From: an uncultured Planctomycetales bacterium | GTDB taxonomy: Bacteria; Omnitrophota; Gorgyraeia; Zapsychrales; JANLHA01 | NCBI GenBank assembly: GCA_964595465.1 | Contig: CAZQQI010000007.1 | Location: 3,930 to 67,929, forward strand | Direction of reading: 5' to 3' | DNA: 64,000 nucleotides | Shown: one piece after another, positions 44,726 to 54,894 of the stretch | Position numbering within the stretch: the stretch's first letter is position 1 | Layout: each line of letters opens with the position of its first letter | The notes under the pieces: model-generated | What the model was told of the DNA's origin: nothing | Seen by the model: only the letters and a program-made list of their open reading frames with translations | Database searches by the model: none | Made by a program: the position numbers and the translations under genes

Positions 44726-45448
44726 ATGAACATCGTCGATGGTGTGGTCTTGGGATTGTGCGCGGTCTATGCCTTTTTCGGCTGGCGTAAAGGATTGGCG
44801 CGGACTTTGATCGGTCCTGTTGTGCTGTTTTTGTGCCTCTATCTGGCCTGGGGGTATTGGCAGCGGGGAGGAGATTGGCGGTTGGTGATGACGATCTCTG
44901 TTCTGGGGCCCCTGGTGCTGACTTTTTTGCTGGGCATGATGCTGACATTGCTCTCCCAGGGGGAAAACGGTGAAGAGCAGAAAATGATGTCTCCGTTAAA
45001 CCGCACTTTGGGTGCTTTGACTAATACAGCCTGGAACGGCGCGCTGGTGATCGCCGCGGTTGTTTTTTTTGCGCTTATCCCGTTACGCTTTGAATCCTTA
45101 TTATCGTTTCGCGAAACTGTTCGGGAATCGCTGATCTTTCAGGCTGTCGGGCGGCCGATCGAAAAACGTTTTCCGCAGATCAGCCGTCTCGGTGATCCTT
45201 CGCGCATGTCTGCGGAGGATTTTCAGGACGTGCAGAAAACGGATGAATTTCAGCAGTTAATGAATGATGAACGGCTGCAGCAATTATTTCAGGACCCTGT
45301 CATTCAGGAAAAATTGCGTTCGCGTGATGTCGCCGGCCTGATTGAAGATCAACGGATCAAAGAGATCATACAGGACCGCGCCCTGCTGAAAAAGATGTGG
45401 TCTTTTCAAAAACGTCTTATGCAGCAGACTGATACTGGATCCAAATGA
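44726..45448 (+). CDS. CvpA (colicin V production) family membrane protein
   Basis: MNIVD...GWRKGL, LNRTLGAL, 4 TM helices, ES.IF; soluble C-terminal tail. Confidence 0.75.
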   Translation: MNIVDGVVLGLCAVYAFFGWRKGLARTLIGPVVLFLCLYLAWGYWQRGGDWRLVMTISVLGPLVLTFLLGMMLTLLSQGENGEEQKMMSPLNRTLGALTNTAWNGALVIAAVVFFALIPLRFESLLSFRETVRESLIFQAVGRPIEKRFPQISRLGDPSRMSAEDFQDVQKTDEFQQLMNDERLQQLFQDPVIQEKLRSRDVAGLIEDQRIKEIIQDRALLKKMWSFQKRLMQQTDTGSK

Positions 45449-45464
45449 ATGGTAAGAGAGGAGT

Positions 45465-45854
45465 ATGAAAATGCCGACGATTTTCACCAAGATCATCAAT
45501 GGGGAAATTCCCTGTCATAAGATCGCCGAGGATGACAAGCATTTGGCGTTTCTGGATATACGCCCGATCCGGGAAGGACATACTCTGGTCATCCCCAAGA
45601 AAGAGGGGGACTACATCTTCGATATGAACGATCAGGATCTCTCTGATCTCATGGTTTTTGCCAAGGCCGTTGCCCGTAAAATTGAAGCCAAAATCACGTG
45701 CAAGCGTGTGGGCGTCATGGTCGCCGGGATTGAAGTTCCTCATACCCATGTGCATTTGATCCCTTTTGAAAAGATCCCGGATTTGAATTTCGCCAACGCC
45801 AAGGAGGTCCCGCAGGAGGAGTTGGCGCGGACCGCAGACAAGATCACCGGATAG
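45465..45854 (+). CDS. HIT family nucleotide hydrolase
   Basis: IFTKIINGEIP, AFLDIRP..GHTLVIPK, HTHVHLIP triad. Confidence 0.92.
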   Translation: MKMPTIFTKIINGEIPCHKIAEDDKHLAFLDIRPIREGHTLVIPKKEGDYIFDMNDQDLSDLMVFAKAVARKIEAKITCKRVGVMVAGIEVPHTHVHLIPFEKIPDLNFANAKEVPQEELARTADKITG

Positions 45855-46041
45855 ATAATGGGATGCGTATGAATTTTATACCCCCTCTTTTAAAAAGGGG
45901 TGGGTGGATCCATTATTCTTTTTTCTTGTTTTCTCGACGATAAATTCTCCTTGCGTTGACTGCTCAATAGGAATAGAATACAATCAGTTTTTCACTCCCA
46001 CATAAAATCCATTGAATCCATTTCCAGAAAGGGGTATATCG

Positions 46042-48111
46042 ATGTCTGAGGCATCATCCGGCAAAGACCTGACAGGACTGTTTTCTCCGTGCGGTATCGC
46101 TGTGATCGGCGCGTCGTCCAATCCGGAGAAGATCGGTTATCAAATTCTTTTTAATCTTGTCGAAGGCGGTTTTGAGGGCGAGATCTATCCGATCAACCCC
46201 AAGACGGATGAGATCCTGGGAAAAAAGGCTTTTGCCTCAGTGAATGATATCGGTAAAGATATCGGTCTGGCCGTGATCGCCATTCCTGCTCCTTATGTCA
46301 AGGCGGCCCTGGAAGACTGCGCCCAAAAAGGGATCAAGAATGTTGTGGTGATCACGTCGGGTTTCGGAGAAGTGGGAAAGAAAGACGAAGAGGAAGAACT
46401 GAAACGCATTGCCGATGAAAACGGCATGTCTCTGGTCGGACCGAATACTCTCGGCGTTGTCTACACTTCTGCCAAAATGAATGCCAGTTTCGGGCCGAAA
46501 GACGTCCTGCCGGGAAATATCGCTTTTATTTCTCAGAGTGGGGCCCTGGCCATTTCTTTAATGGGCTGGACCATGATGGAACGTATCGGTCTGGCCGCGC
46601 TGGTCAGCCTCGGGAATAAGGCTGATGTGGGCGAGAAGGAGCTGATCGAATATTTTAATCATGATGAGCAGACCCAGGTGATCGTGATTTACATGGAGGG
46701 GATCAAGGACGGGCGCCAATTTATGCAGACCGAGATCAAAAAGCCGGTGGTCTGTCTGAAAGTGGGCCGCTCACAGCGGGGGGCCAAGGCCGCTGCATCG
46801 CATACCGGCTCGCTGTCCGGTTCTGATAAGATCTATGACGCGGCGTTCCGCCAGATCGGAATTCTGCGTGCCGATACATTTACGGAGGCCTTTGCCTGGT
46901 CGCGGGCTTTGTCGCTGCCGGTCCCGGCGGGGGATGAGGCTGTGATCATTACCAACGGCGGCGGGATCGGGGTAGCCGCCACTGATGAATGTGAAAAGTA
47001 CGGCGTAAAATTGTTGGATGACCCGGATTGGCTGGAAGAGCAATTCCGTCCGACCATGCCGGATTACGGCAGTACAAAAAATCCGGTGGATATCACCGGC
47101 GGGGCGCACGGCGACAAATACGGCAAGGCCGCCCGGGTGGCCTTTGAGAGCGATAAGGTCGGGTCGGTTATTATTCTCTATTGTGAAACAGCGGTGACCG
47201 ATCCTTTGGAAATCGCTAAGTCCCTGGAGGGGGAATACACACGGACCGGGCGCAGTAAGCCGTTGGTTATCTCTATGGTCGGCGGTGAACGTTCCCGCGA
47301 GGCGCTTCATTTTCTCGATGAAAAAGGGATTCCGGCCTATACTTCGGTTGATGAAGCGGTCTCGGCGCTGGACGTTTTGTACCGCTGGCGTGAGATCCGG
47401 CAGAATCCCCGGGAAAAGATCGGGATCCCGGAGGCCCCGGATGATGTGAAGCAGTTTTTAAGCCGTCTGAAATCCGAAGGTCGAGAGGCTCTGCTGGAGC
47501 ATGAGGCCCGCGAGGTTATGGAAAAATGCGGTGTGCCGACTCCGAAATGGGGTTTTGCCTCCAGTCTGGATGAGGCCCTGGAGAAGGCCGACGGCATGTA
47601 TCCGCTGGCCATGAAGGTCGCCTCGCACGATATTCTTCATAAGACCGATGTCGGCGGTGTGGCGGTTAATATCCGCGACGCCGAAGAGCTCAAGCAAAAA
47701 TATGAGCAGATGATGGCAACGGTCAAAGACCGTCAGCCGGATGCCGAGGTTTTGGGCGTCAATCTGGTCCAGATGGTCAAGGGCATTGAATGTATTGTGG
47801 GGATGAGCCGGGACCCGCAGTTCGGTCCGGTGATCATGTTCGGTCTGGGCGGGGTCTTTGTCGAGGCTCTGAAAGATGTCACCTTCCGGGTGGTTCCCTT
47901 CGCCGAACGCGAGGCCGAGAAAATGCTGGACGAGATCAAGGCGCGTAAGATCCTTAAAGGTTTCCGCGGGATGCAGGCCCATCGTGAGACACTGGTCAAG
48001 ACCCTGATGGCGATCCAGAAATTAGCCCCCCTGGTTAAAGAGATCGATATCAATCCTCTGCTGACCGATCAGCAGGGAAGTTTCGCGGTGGACGCGCGGA
48101 TTATTCTTTAG
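46042..48111 (+). CDS. Acetate/acyl-CoA ligase (ADP-forming), fused alpha-beta
   Basis: IAVIGAS, GPNTLG, SQSGA, AAASHTGSL (phospho-His), TNGGG, NPVDITG, HKTDVGGV, DPQFGPVIMFGLGG, EIDINPL. Confidence 0.9.
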   Translation: MSEASSGKDLTGLFSPCGIAVIGASSNPEKIGYQILFNLVEGGFEGEIYPINPKTDEILGKKAFASVNDIGKDIGLAVIAIPAPYVKAALEDCAQKGIKNVVVITSGFGEVGKKDEEEELKRIADENGMSLVGPNTLGVVYTSAKMNASFGPKDVLPGNIAFISQSGALAISLMGWTMMERIGLAALVSLGNKADVGEKELIEYFNHDEQTQVIVIYMEGIKDGRQFMQTEIKKPVVCLKVGRSQRGAKAAASHTGSLSGSDKIYDAAFRQIGILRADTFTEAFAWSRALSLPVPAGDEAVIITNGGGIGVAATDECEKYGVKLLDDPDWLEEQFRPTMPDYGSTKNPVDITGGAHGDKYGKAARVAFESDKVGSVIILYCETAVTDPLEIAKSLEGEYTRTGRSKPLVISMVGGERSREALHFLDEKGIPAYTSVDEAVSALDVLYRWREIRQNPREKIGIPEAPDDVKQFLSRLKSEGREALLEHEAREVMEKCGVPTPKWGFASSLDEALEKADGMYPLAMKVASHDILHKTDVGGVAVNIRDAEELKQKYEQMMATVKDRQPDAEVLGVNLVQMVKGIECIVGMSRDPQFGPVIMFGLGGVFVEALKDVTFRVVPFAEREAEKMLDEIKARKILKGFRGMQAHRETLVKTLMAIQKLAPLVKEIDINPLLTDQQGSFAVDARIIL

Positions 48112-48157
48112 CTGTACTGGGAATGTAAAATGATTTCTTTTTGGGTGGGCCAGCAGA

Positions 48158-48658
48158 TTATTGAACAGCATCGATAATAATAAAATCACCTTCGGGGCAT
48201 AAGTTCTGATCTGAGAAGCACAGGATTTCCCCTTCATCGGCATTTAACCAGTCTTCGAATCGAATGTACAATGAATACATAGTGTGACCGGCAACTTTTT
48301 TAGCTCTTCCCGCTCTGATAATATCATTGCCTGCGGAATAGCTGAATTTATCATCACGAGGCAGGTTTAAATGAAGTTTTTGATTGATTTCATCAAGGCT
48401 GTTTAGGAAGCCCGGGGGAAAGGGCTTTGCATCACATCCGTTATTTGAAGGGCCGCAAGAGGTCCCTCCGCCGGCCTCGTATTCTTTGCCCGCGAGATAG
48501 ATCGACTGCATATTTCGGGCGGCCTTTTCAGCATACTGTCGTTCTACGGAGTCCAGATACCGCGGCAGGGCCAGTCCGGCCAGAACGCCGATGATCACTA
48601 CTGTGATCATGATCTCGACCAGCGTAAAGCCCCAAGGGTTTTTAGTAAGATCGTTCAT
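48158..48658 (-). CDS. Orphan type IV pilin
   Basis: WG/FTLVEIMITVVIIGVLAGLALPRY; 4 Cys in the variable head. Confidence 0.85.
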   Translation of the reverse strand: MNDLTKNPWGFTLVEIMITVVIIGVLAGLALPRYLDSVERQYAEKAARNMQSIYLAGKEYEAGGGTSCGPSNNGCDAKPFPPGFLNSLDEINQKLHLNLPRDDKFSYSAGNDIIRAGRAKKVAGHTMYSLYIRFEDWLNADEGEILCFSDQNLCPEGDFIIIDAVQ

Positions 48659-48853
48659 ACGCCCCGTATTGTTAAACTGTTAAGGTTCTCTACATAAAGT
48701 ATACTGCATTTCTGCGGTGATAACGAATATTATTATTCAATATTAGTATTGAAAGAAATTTGTTGCGGCTGACAGGGAATTCCATATAATAGCTTTGGGG
48801 GGTGACAATCGGCTGATTGTCCCCTTTTCTTTTTATATGCGGCAGGAGAGAGC

Positions 48854-50236
48854 ATGAAACAAAAATTTATTATTTTAGCGGCCATCGCCGTTGCTTTGGG
48901 TCTGTTAGGAAAAATGATCGGGTTTTCGCATGAACAGGCTCTGATCGTGTCGATCTTTACCATGTCCATTGTGGGGACACTGTTTTTTTGGGATTTCCGT
49001 CTGAGTTTTGTTTTTATCGGCGCCGGCATTCTGGTTTCGATGGGCGCTGTGGATATGGAACATTTTATCCAGTACGCGTCTCTGGATGTTATTTTGTTTT
49101 TGATCGCCATGATGATCATTGTCGGCATGATGAAAGATGCCGGCTTTTTTGAATGGCTGATCACGGTGGTCTTGCGGGTTAAAAATCTGACCGGGATCAA
49201 GATGTTTGCCATTCTCATGGTGGCCTCGGCGGTCTTCTCGGCTTTGATGGGGGAGGTGGCCTCGATCATTGTGATGGCTATGATCATCCTGAATATTTGT
49301 GATTTTCTGGAGATCGATCCGCTTCCCATGATCCTCTCGTCTGTTTTGGCCACAAATATCGGTTCCGCGTCCACGGTTTTAGGGAATCCGGTCGGCGTCC
49401 TGATCGCCGCGCGCGGAAATCTTTCGTTTGAAGATTTTATTACACACGCCCTGCCGTTATCATTTTTTGTGCTGATCATTACGATTCTGATCCTCTTGGT
49501 CTGGTACCGTAAATATCTGCGATTGCTGAACGAACGGATTCAGCCGTTTGAAGAAGATAAGGGTTTTTTATATTTGATCTCCATCCCCCCGGATCTGCGG
49601 ACTAAGGTCAGCATCGGGATCTTTTTAGTGACGATCGGTCTGATCGCGATGCACCGCCGCATTGAGGTGTTTTTGGGGCTGGAGCACAACACCATGCTGA
49701 TCATGATTCCCATTATCGCAGCCGGGATCGTGATGATCTACCGTTATGACCGCGCACGGCATTATATTGAACATGAGATCGAATGGCCGTCCCTGCTTTT
49801 TTTTATGTTTCTCTTTGCTCAGGCCGGCGTGATCCGGGCATCCGGTATTGCGGACATTCTTGCCGGGAAGATCTTCAGTTCGGTGGGGGATGCCCCGCGT
49901 GCCCTGACAGGCGTCGTGCTGTTTTCGGCCGGGATCCTGTCGTCGGGTCTGGATAACGTGGTGACCGTCGCTTCGTATGTTCCAATTGTTAAGAGCCTTG
50001 AGGCCTTTCATTATAATCTGAAGCCGCTCTGGTGGGCCCTTTTGTTCGGCGCCTGCTACGGCGGCAACATTACTATGATCGGTTCAACGGCCAACATTGT
50101 TGCACTCGGCCTGCTGGAAAAAGAACGCAACATCAAAGTCACGTTCGCGATGTGGCTGAAGGTCGGCGCGACTGTGGGTCTGATCAGTATGGCGATTGCC
50201 TACTTGGCGGTTCTTTTTATCCCAATTTATGGGTAA
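48854..50236 (+). CDS. ArsB/NhaD (SLC13/CitMHS-like) ion transporter
   Basis: ATNIGSASTVLGNP, LSSGLDNV, GACYGGNITMIGSTANIVA; about 12 TM helices. Confidence 0.85.
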   Translation: MKQKFIILAAIAVALGLLGKMIGFSHEQALIVSIFTMSIVGTLFFWDFRLSFVFIGAGILVSMGAVDMEHFIQYASLDVILFLIAMMIIVGMMKDAGFFEWLITVVLRVKNLTGIKMFAILMVASAVFSALMGEVASIIVMAMIILNICDFLEIDPLPMILSSVLATNIGSASTVLGNPVGVLIAARGNLSFEDFITHALPLSFFVLIITILILLVWYRKYLRLLNERIQPFEEDKGFLYLISIPPDLRTKVSIGIFLVTIGLIAMHRRIEVFLGLEHNTMLIMIPIIAAGIVMIYRYDRARHYIEHEIEWPSLLFFMFLFAQAGVIRASGIADILAGKIFSSVGDAPRALTGVVLFSAGILSSGLDNVVTVASYVPIVKSLEAFHYNLKPLWWALLFGACYGGNITMIGSTANIVALGLLEKERNIKVTFAMWLKVGATVGLISMAIAYLAVLFIPIYG

Positions 50237-50411
50237 AATGGCCAAAATTATCCGTTTTTTCAGAATCCGAAACCTGGCGTTCGGAATTTAGACGGTCATT
50301 ATTCGGTCTATATAATTTTTCGGGAGTTTTCTGCCGGTCATTTCTGCGCGGATTGAACATTCAGGAAACATATTTTAATTTTTAAAAAAGCTGTGTGTTT
50401 GAGGTGCTGTC

Positions 50412-51128
50412 TTGGGGGGGAGAACTAAAAGCTATATTAAGCAGAAGCCGGAACCCGGTCACTGGCTCGCGGCCTCACGTGCCGCTGTTTTGTTATGCGT
50501 TATCAATATTGCCGTCTTTATTTGGATGCTTACTCCTGCCGGCCGGCAGTACTTCACCGAACTGATCGTTTACCCCGGCAACCTTATCAAGGGAAATTAC
50601 TGGTGCCTGCTGACCGGCGGGTTTGTGCACTCCAGCTTGAGCCATTTATTTTTTAATATGCTGGGTCTGCTGGCATTCGGTCATGTGGTGGAACGTCATT
50701 TGGGTTTTTGGAAAACGGTTTTTATTTATCTGGGCGCCTTATTGATCTCCATGCTGTTTTCTACAGTGGTCTATGCCCTGATCCTGCATAAAAATGTGGC
50801 GATCATGGGCGCGTCCGGTGCAGTGATGGGCCTCATGGGCGCGGCAGTCCTGCTGGCGCCGTTTTCCGTGACCTGGGAAATGATCGTCCCGATCCCGACC
50901 ATGTTCAAAGGCTGGCTGTTTCTTTATGCTGATCTGCAGGGCTTTCTGGGAGGCGAACGCGACGGGATATCACATCTGGCGCATCTGATCGGCTTTGCCT
51001 CGATCGTTATTCTGGTCTATTTTCTTACGGATGAAGACAAACAGCGTCTGTTCGCCGGTCTGGTGATCAACCTTGTTTCTCTGGCTCTGTTTGTCTGGAT
51101 CTGGCAAAAATATTTTATCGCGACTTAG
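50412..51128 (+). CDS. Rhomboid intramembrane serine protease
   Basis: HLFFNM, GASGAV (catalytic Ser), SHLAHLIG (catalytic His); start codon uncertain. Confidence 0.9.
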   Translation: MGGRTKSYIKQKPEPGHWLAASRAAVLLCVINIAVFIWMLTPAGRQYFTELIVYPGNLIKGNYWCLLTGGFVHSSLSHLFFNMLGLLAFGHVVERHLGFWKTVFIYLGALLISMLFSTVVYALILHKNVAIMGASGAVMGLMGAAVLLAPFSVTWEMIVPIPTMFKGWLFLYADLQGFLGGERDGISHLAHLIGFASIVILVYFLTDEDKQRLFAGLVINLVSLALFVWIWQKYFIAT

Positions 51129-51152
51129 GACATTGAAGAAAAAGGGGTGATC

Positions 51153-52004
51153 ATGGCACACGCAATTCTGTTGATTTCCTGCTCTGACCGCAAAGGCATT
51201 ACGGCCGCAGTGACCGGGTTTATCTCGGAACACAACGGAAATATCATCCATGCCGATCAGCATATTGATGAGCAAAGCAACACCTTTTTCATGAGGGTGG
51301 AATGGGACCTGCGGGAATTTGATATTGTCCGGGAAGATCTTCCGGCTTCATTTTCCCATGTCAGCGAGCCGTTCGGCATGGATTGGCAGCTTTTCTTTAC
51401 CGACGAGATTTCTCGTCTGGCAGTTTTTGTCTCAGGCCGGACGCACTGCCTTTACGATCTTTTGCTCAAATACCGATCAGGTCACTTGCCGTGTGAGATC
51501 CCGCTGGTGATCAGCAATCATGAACATCCCGGAGACATTGCCCGTGAATTCGGCATCGACTTCCGCTGTTTTCCCAAAACGCCTGAAAATAAAAAACAGC
51601 AGGAACAGCAGGAGATCGCGCTTCTTAATGAGAACGGCATTGATCTGGTTGCGCTGGCCCGTTATCATCAGATCTTTTCCCCGGAATTTGTTGAAGCGTT
51701 TCCGCAGAAGATCATCAATATTCACCATTCTTTTTTGCCGGCTTTTCCGGGCCGAGAGCCGTATGCCCGGGCGTATGAGAGAGGGGTTAAGATCATCGGA
51801 GCGACCAGCCATTTTGTTACCGCGGAGCTTGACCAGGGGCCGATCATTGAGCAGGATATTGTGCGGGTCAGCCATCGGGACACGGTCGAGGACCTGATCC
51901 GTAAAGGGGAAGATCTGGAGCGTCTGGTTTTCTCCCGCGCGGTTCGCTGGGCTCTTGAACGTAAGATCCTTTCCTACGGGAATAAGACAGTTGTGTTTGA
52001 TTAA
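51153..52004 (+). CDS. purU: Formyltetrahydrofolate deformylase
   Basis: ACT domain (CSDRKGI), FFMRVE, INIHHSFLPAF, GVKIIGATSHFVT.ELDQGPIIEQ. Confidence 0.93.
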   Translation: MAHAILLISCSDRKGITAAVTGFISEHNGNIIHADQHIDEQSNTFFMRVEWDLREFDIVREDLPASFSHVSEPFGMDWQLFFTDEISRLAVFVSGRTHCLYDLLLKYRSGHLPCEIPLVISNHEHPGDIAREFGIDFRCFPKTPENKKQQEQQEIALLNENGIDLVALARYHQIFSPEFVEAFPQKIINIHHSFLPAFPGREPYARAYERGVKIIGATSHFVTAELDQGPIIEQDIVRVSHRDTVEDLIRKGEDLERLVFSRAVRWALERKILSYGNKTVVFD

Positions 52005-52161
52005 GCGCACAAGAGATCATGACAAAAAATGGTGCCGGATCTCATAAAATATTTATTAGCAATGGTTTATGAATAAATCATTTCTGATTTTCAAGGCTGG
52101 AGCGGTATTTGCGTATTGATAAATAACGAATTAATTATAACCTGCTGATTTCAAACAAGAT

Positions 52162-53397
52162 ATGAGATCCGACACCATTTTTTCCAAGCCGGAATTGCTG
52201 GCCCCGGCCGGGGACCGGGCTGCCTTGAGCGCGGCCCTGAATAACGGCGCGGATGCGGTTTATCTGGGTGTTAAGGGCATGAATATGCGGCATGCCGCCG
52301 CGAACTTTTCCCTTAATCAATTAGCCAAGATAGCCGGAGATATCCATCGCCGCGGAAAAAAGATCTATGTGACGTTGAATACGGTGATCCTTCCGGGGAA
52401 TATTAAGCGGACCGAGCAGATCTTGGCCGCGGCACAGGAAGCGGAGGTGGACGCGGTGATCGCCTGGGATATGGCGGTTCTGTCGCGCTGCCGGCAGATG
52501 GGGATCCCTCTGCACATTTCGACTCAAGCCAGCGCCGCCAGCTTTGAAGCTGTCCGGGCCTATGCCGAGTTCGGCGCGCGCCGGGTTGTTCTGGCCAGAG
52601 AGTGCACGCTGAATGATATCCGCAGGATTTCCCGGCGTGTCAAGGAAGAAAAACTCCCCTGCGGCATCGAGGCCTTTGTGCACGGGGCCATGTGTGTTTC
52701 CGTTTCCGGACGGTGTTTTCTCTCCCAGCAGGCCTTTGCCAAATCCGCCAATGAAGGACAGTGTCTGCAGCCCTGCCGGCGAGAATTCCACATCCGCGAT
52801 GCCGACGGAGAAACCGAATATATCCTGGGGCCGGATTATATTTTAAGTCCCAAGGATTTGTGCGCGATCGATTTTCTGGACCGATTGATCCGGGCGGGGA
52901 TCACGGCCTTTAAGATCGAAGGGCGGATGCGTTCTCCGGAATATGTCGCTGAAGTCACGGCCTGTTACCGCCAAGCCATTGATGCCTTTTTTGATTGCAA
53001 ATTTGATGATGCGTTGAAGACTGATCTGAAGACCCGCTTGAGCGCGGTTTACAACCGTGGGTTCTCTCCCGGGTTTTATTTCGGCCGGCCGGGTTATGAT
53101 GATTGGAGCACGGGCCTGGGGACACGCAGGGAGAAGGTATTCGCCGGTGAGGTAACGCGTTATTTCAAAAAGATCGGAGTCGCTGAAGTCTGCCTGCGGG
53201 CAGCGTCTTTGAGTAAGGGGGATGATATCCTGGTGATCGGTCCGCGGACCGGAGCGGAGACTGCCGTTATCGGTGAGATGCAGAATGCCGGGGAATTTGT
53301 CAAACGGGCAGAGAAAAAAGACACGGTCGGTGTCAAGCTGGATTTTTCGGTCCGTCCCGGCGACAAAGTATTTCTGTGGCGTGAAAGGAGGGATTAG
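52162..53397 (+). CDS. Peptidase U32 family protein (Fe-S RNA hydroxylation, TrhP/RlhA-like)
   Basis: ELLAPAG, GADAVYLG, HISTQ, EAFVHGAMCVSVSGRC, CLQPCR, FKIEGR. Confidence 0.88.
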   Translation: MRSDTIFSKPELLAPAGDRAALSAALNNGADAVYLGVKGMNMRHAAANFSLNQLAKIAGDIHRRGKKIYVTLNTVILPGNIKRTEQILAAAQEAEVDAVIAWDMAVLSRCRQMGIPLHISTQASAASFEAVRAYAEFGARRVVLARECTLNDIRRISRRVKEEKLPCGIEAFVHGAMCVSVSGRCFLSQQAFAKSANEGQCLQPCRREFHIRDADGETEYILGPDYILSPKDLCAIDFLDRLIRAGITAFKIEGRMRSPEYVAEVTACYRQAIDAFFDCKFDDALKTDLKTRLSAVYNRGFSPGFYFGRPGYDDWSTGLGTRREKVFAGEVTRYFKKIGVAEVCLRAASLSKGDDILVIGPRTGAETAVIGEMQNAGEFVKRAEKKDTVGVKLDFSVRPGDKVFLWRERRD

Positions 53398-53450
53398 TAT
53401 ATTGTGTCCGTCATGGCCGCCTTTGGTTCAGACACGATGTTCTGATTGAT

Positions 53451-54776
53451 ATGATGACAACCAACGAGACATTTGATTTTAATACAGAATTTGCGGAAGC
53501 CTACAGCCTGATGGAAAATTCCCGCAGGCATATCTTTGTGACCGGCCAGGCCGGGACAGGCAAGTCGACCCTGCTGGGCTACTTCCGCGATCACACGACC
53601 AAGAATGTCGTCGTCCTTGCGCCGACCGGCGTTGCGGCCGTGAATGTGAAGGGGCAGACCATCCATTCGTTTTTTCATTTCCGTCCGGATATCACGCCTG
53701 ATTCTGTCCGTAAGATCTATCTCAGGAAAGAAGCCCGCAAGCTGTTCGCGAATCTGGAAACCATTATTATCGACGAGATATCCATGGTCCGGGCTGATCT
53801 GCTGGACTGTATCGATCTGTTTTTACGGATGCATGGGCCGGACGGGCGCAAGCCGTTCGGCGGTGTGCAGATGATCTTTATCGGGGACCTCTTTCAACTG
53901 CCGCCGGTCGTAACCCGGCGCGAAGAAGAGATCTTTCGTGATCATTATGAGAGCCCGTACTTTTTTTCGGCCCGGGTCATGCGCGAGCTGGATTTGGCCT
54001 GTATCGATCTTTCCCGGATCTACCGTCAGGCTGATGATGAATTTATCGCATTGCTTCAATCCGTCCGCACGAATACGATGCAGGCGGAAGATCTGGCTCT
54101 GCTCAATGAACGCTGCGCCCCCGGGTTCGCTCCGGATGATGAGGAGTTTTATATTTATTTAACCACGACCAACGCTTTGGCGGACAAAATGAACGCACGC
54201 CGTCTGGCCTCTGTTCCGGGAGAACCGTTTCTATTTCAGGCGACGCGCGAAGGCGCATTTGAAGGACGCGCGCTCCCGACGCAGGAGCATTTGAAGTTAA
54301 AGACCGGGGCGCAGGTTATGCTGCTGAATAATGATCCCGCCGGGCAGTGGGTCAACGGCAGTATCGGACGGATCACCTCTGTGGCGGAAGACCTGGCCGA
54401 AACCGATATTATCCGTGTAGAACTGGAGGACGGACGGGAGGTCGAGGTCGGGCCGTTCCGGTGGGACATGTATAAATTTTATTACGACGAGGTAACCAAA
54501 GAGGTTGAATCCGAGAGCGTCGGGGCGTTTATTCAGTATCCTTTAAAGCTGGCCTGGGCGGTTACCGTCCACAAAAGCCAGGGGAAGACCTTCCAGCGGG
54601 TCGTTCTGGATGTGGGCCGCGGCGCCTTCGCTCACGGACAGACCTATGTCGCCTTAAGCCGCTGTACTCATCTCAACGGATTGATCCTGCGCCGGCCGCT
54701 TAATTTAAGAGATATTATTGTTGACCCCCGCATTGGCAAGTTCATGCGGGGATTGGAATATCAGGGGAAAAACTAG
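53451..54776 (+). CDS. Pif1/RecD-like SF1B helicase
   Basis: TGQAGTGKS, APTGVAA, DEISMVR, GDLFQLPPV, QYPLKLAWAVTVHKSQG, GQTYVALSR. Confidence 0.9.
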   Translation: MMTTNETFDFNTEFAEAYSLMENSRRHIFVTGQAGTGKSTLLGYFRDHTTKNVVVLAPTGVAAVNVKGQTIHSFFHFRPDITPDSVRKIYLRKEARKLFANLETIIIDEISMVRADLLDCIDLFLRMHGPDGRKPFGGVQMIFIGDLFQLPPVVTRREEEIFRDHYESPYFFSARVMRELDLACIDLSRIYRQADDEFIALLQSVRTNTMQAEDLALLNERCAPGFAPDDEEFYIYLTTTNALADKMNARRLASVPGEPFLFQATREGAFEGRALPTQEHLKLKTGAQVMLLNNDPAGQWVNGSIGRITSVAEDLAETDIIRVELEDGREVEVGPFRWDMYKFYYDEVTKEVESESVGAFIQYPLKLAWAVTVHKSQGKTFQRVVLDVGRGAFAHGQTYVALSRCTHLNGLILRRPLNLRDIIVDPRIGKFMRGLEYQGKN

Positions 54777-54894
54777 TGCAGCTGGAGTGTCTGTTCTTTT
54801 TTCAGCCCGAACAGCGTGTTTACAAAGCCCGTCTTTAGTATTAATATAAAATCATAATCGAAAGCACTTAAGCCCGTAAAACAAGGAGGGCCGC

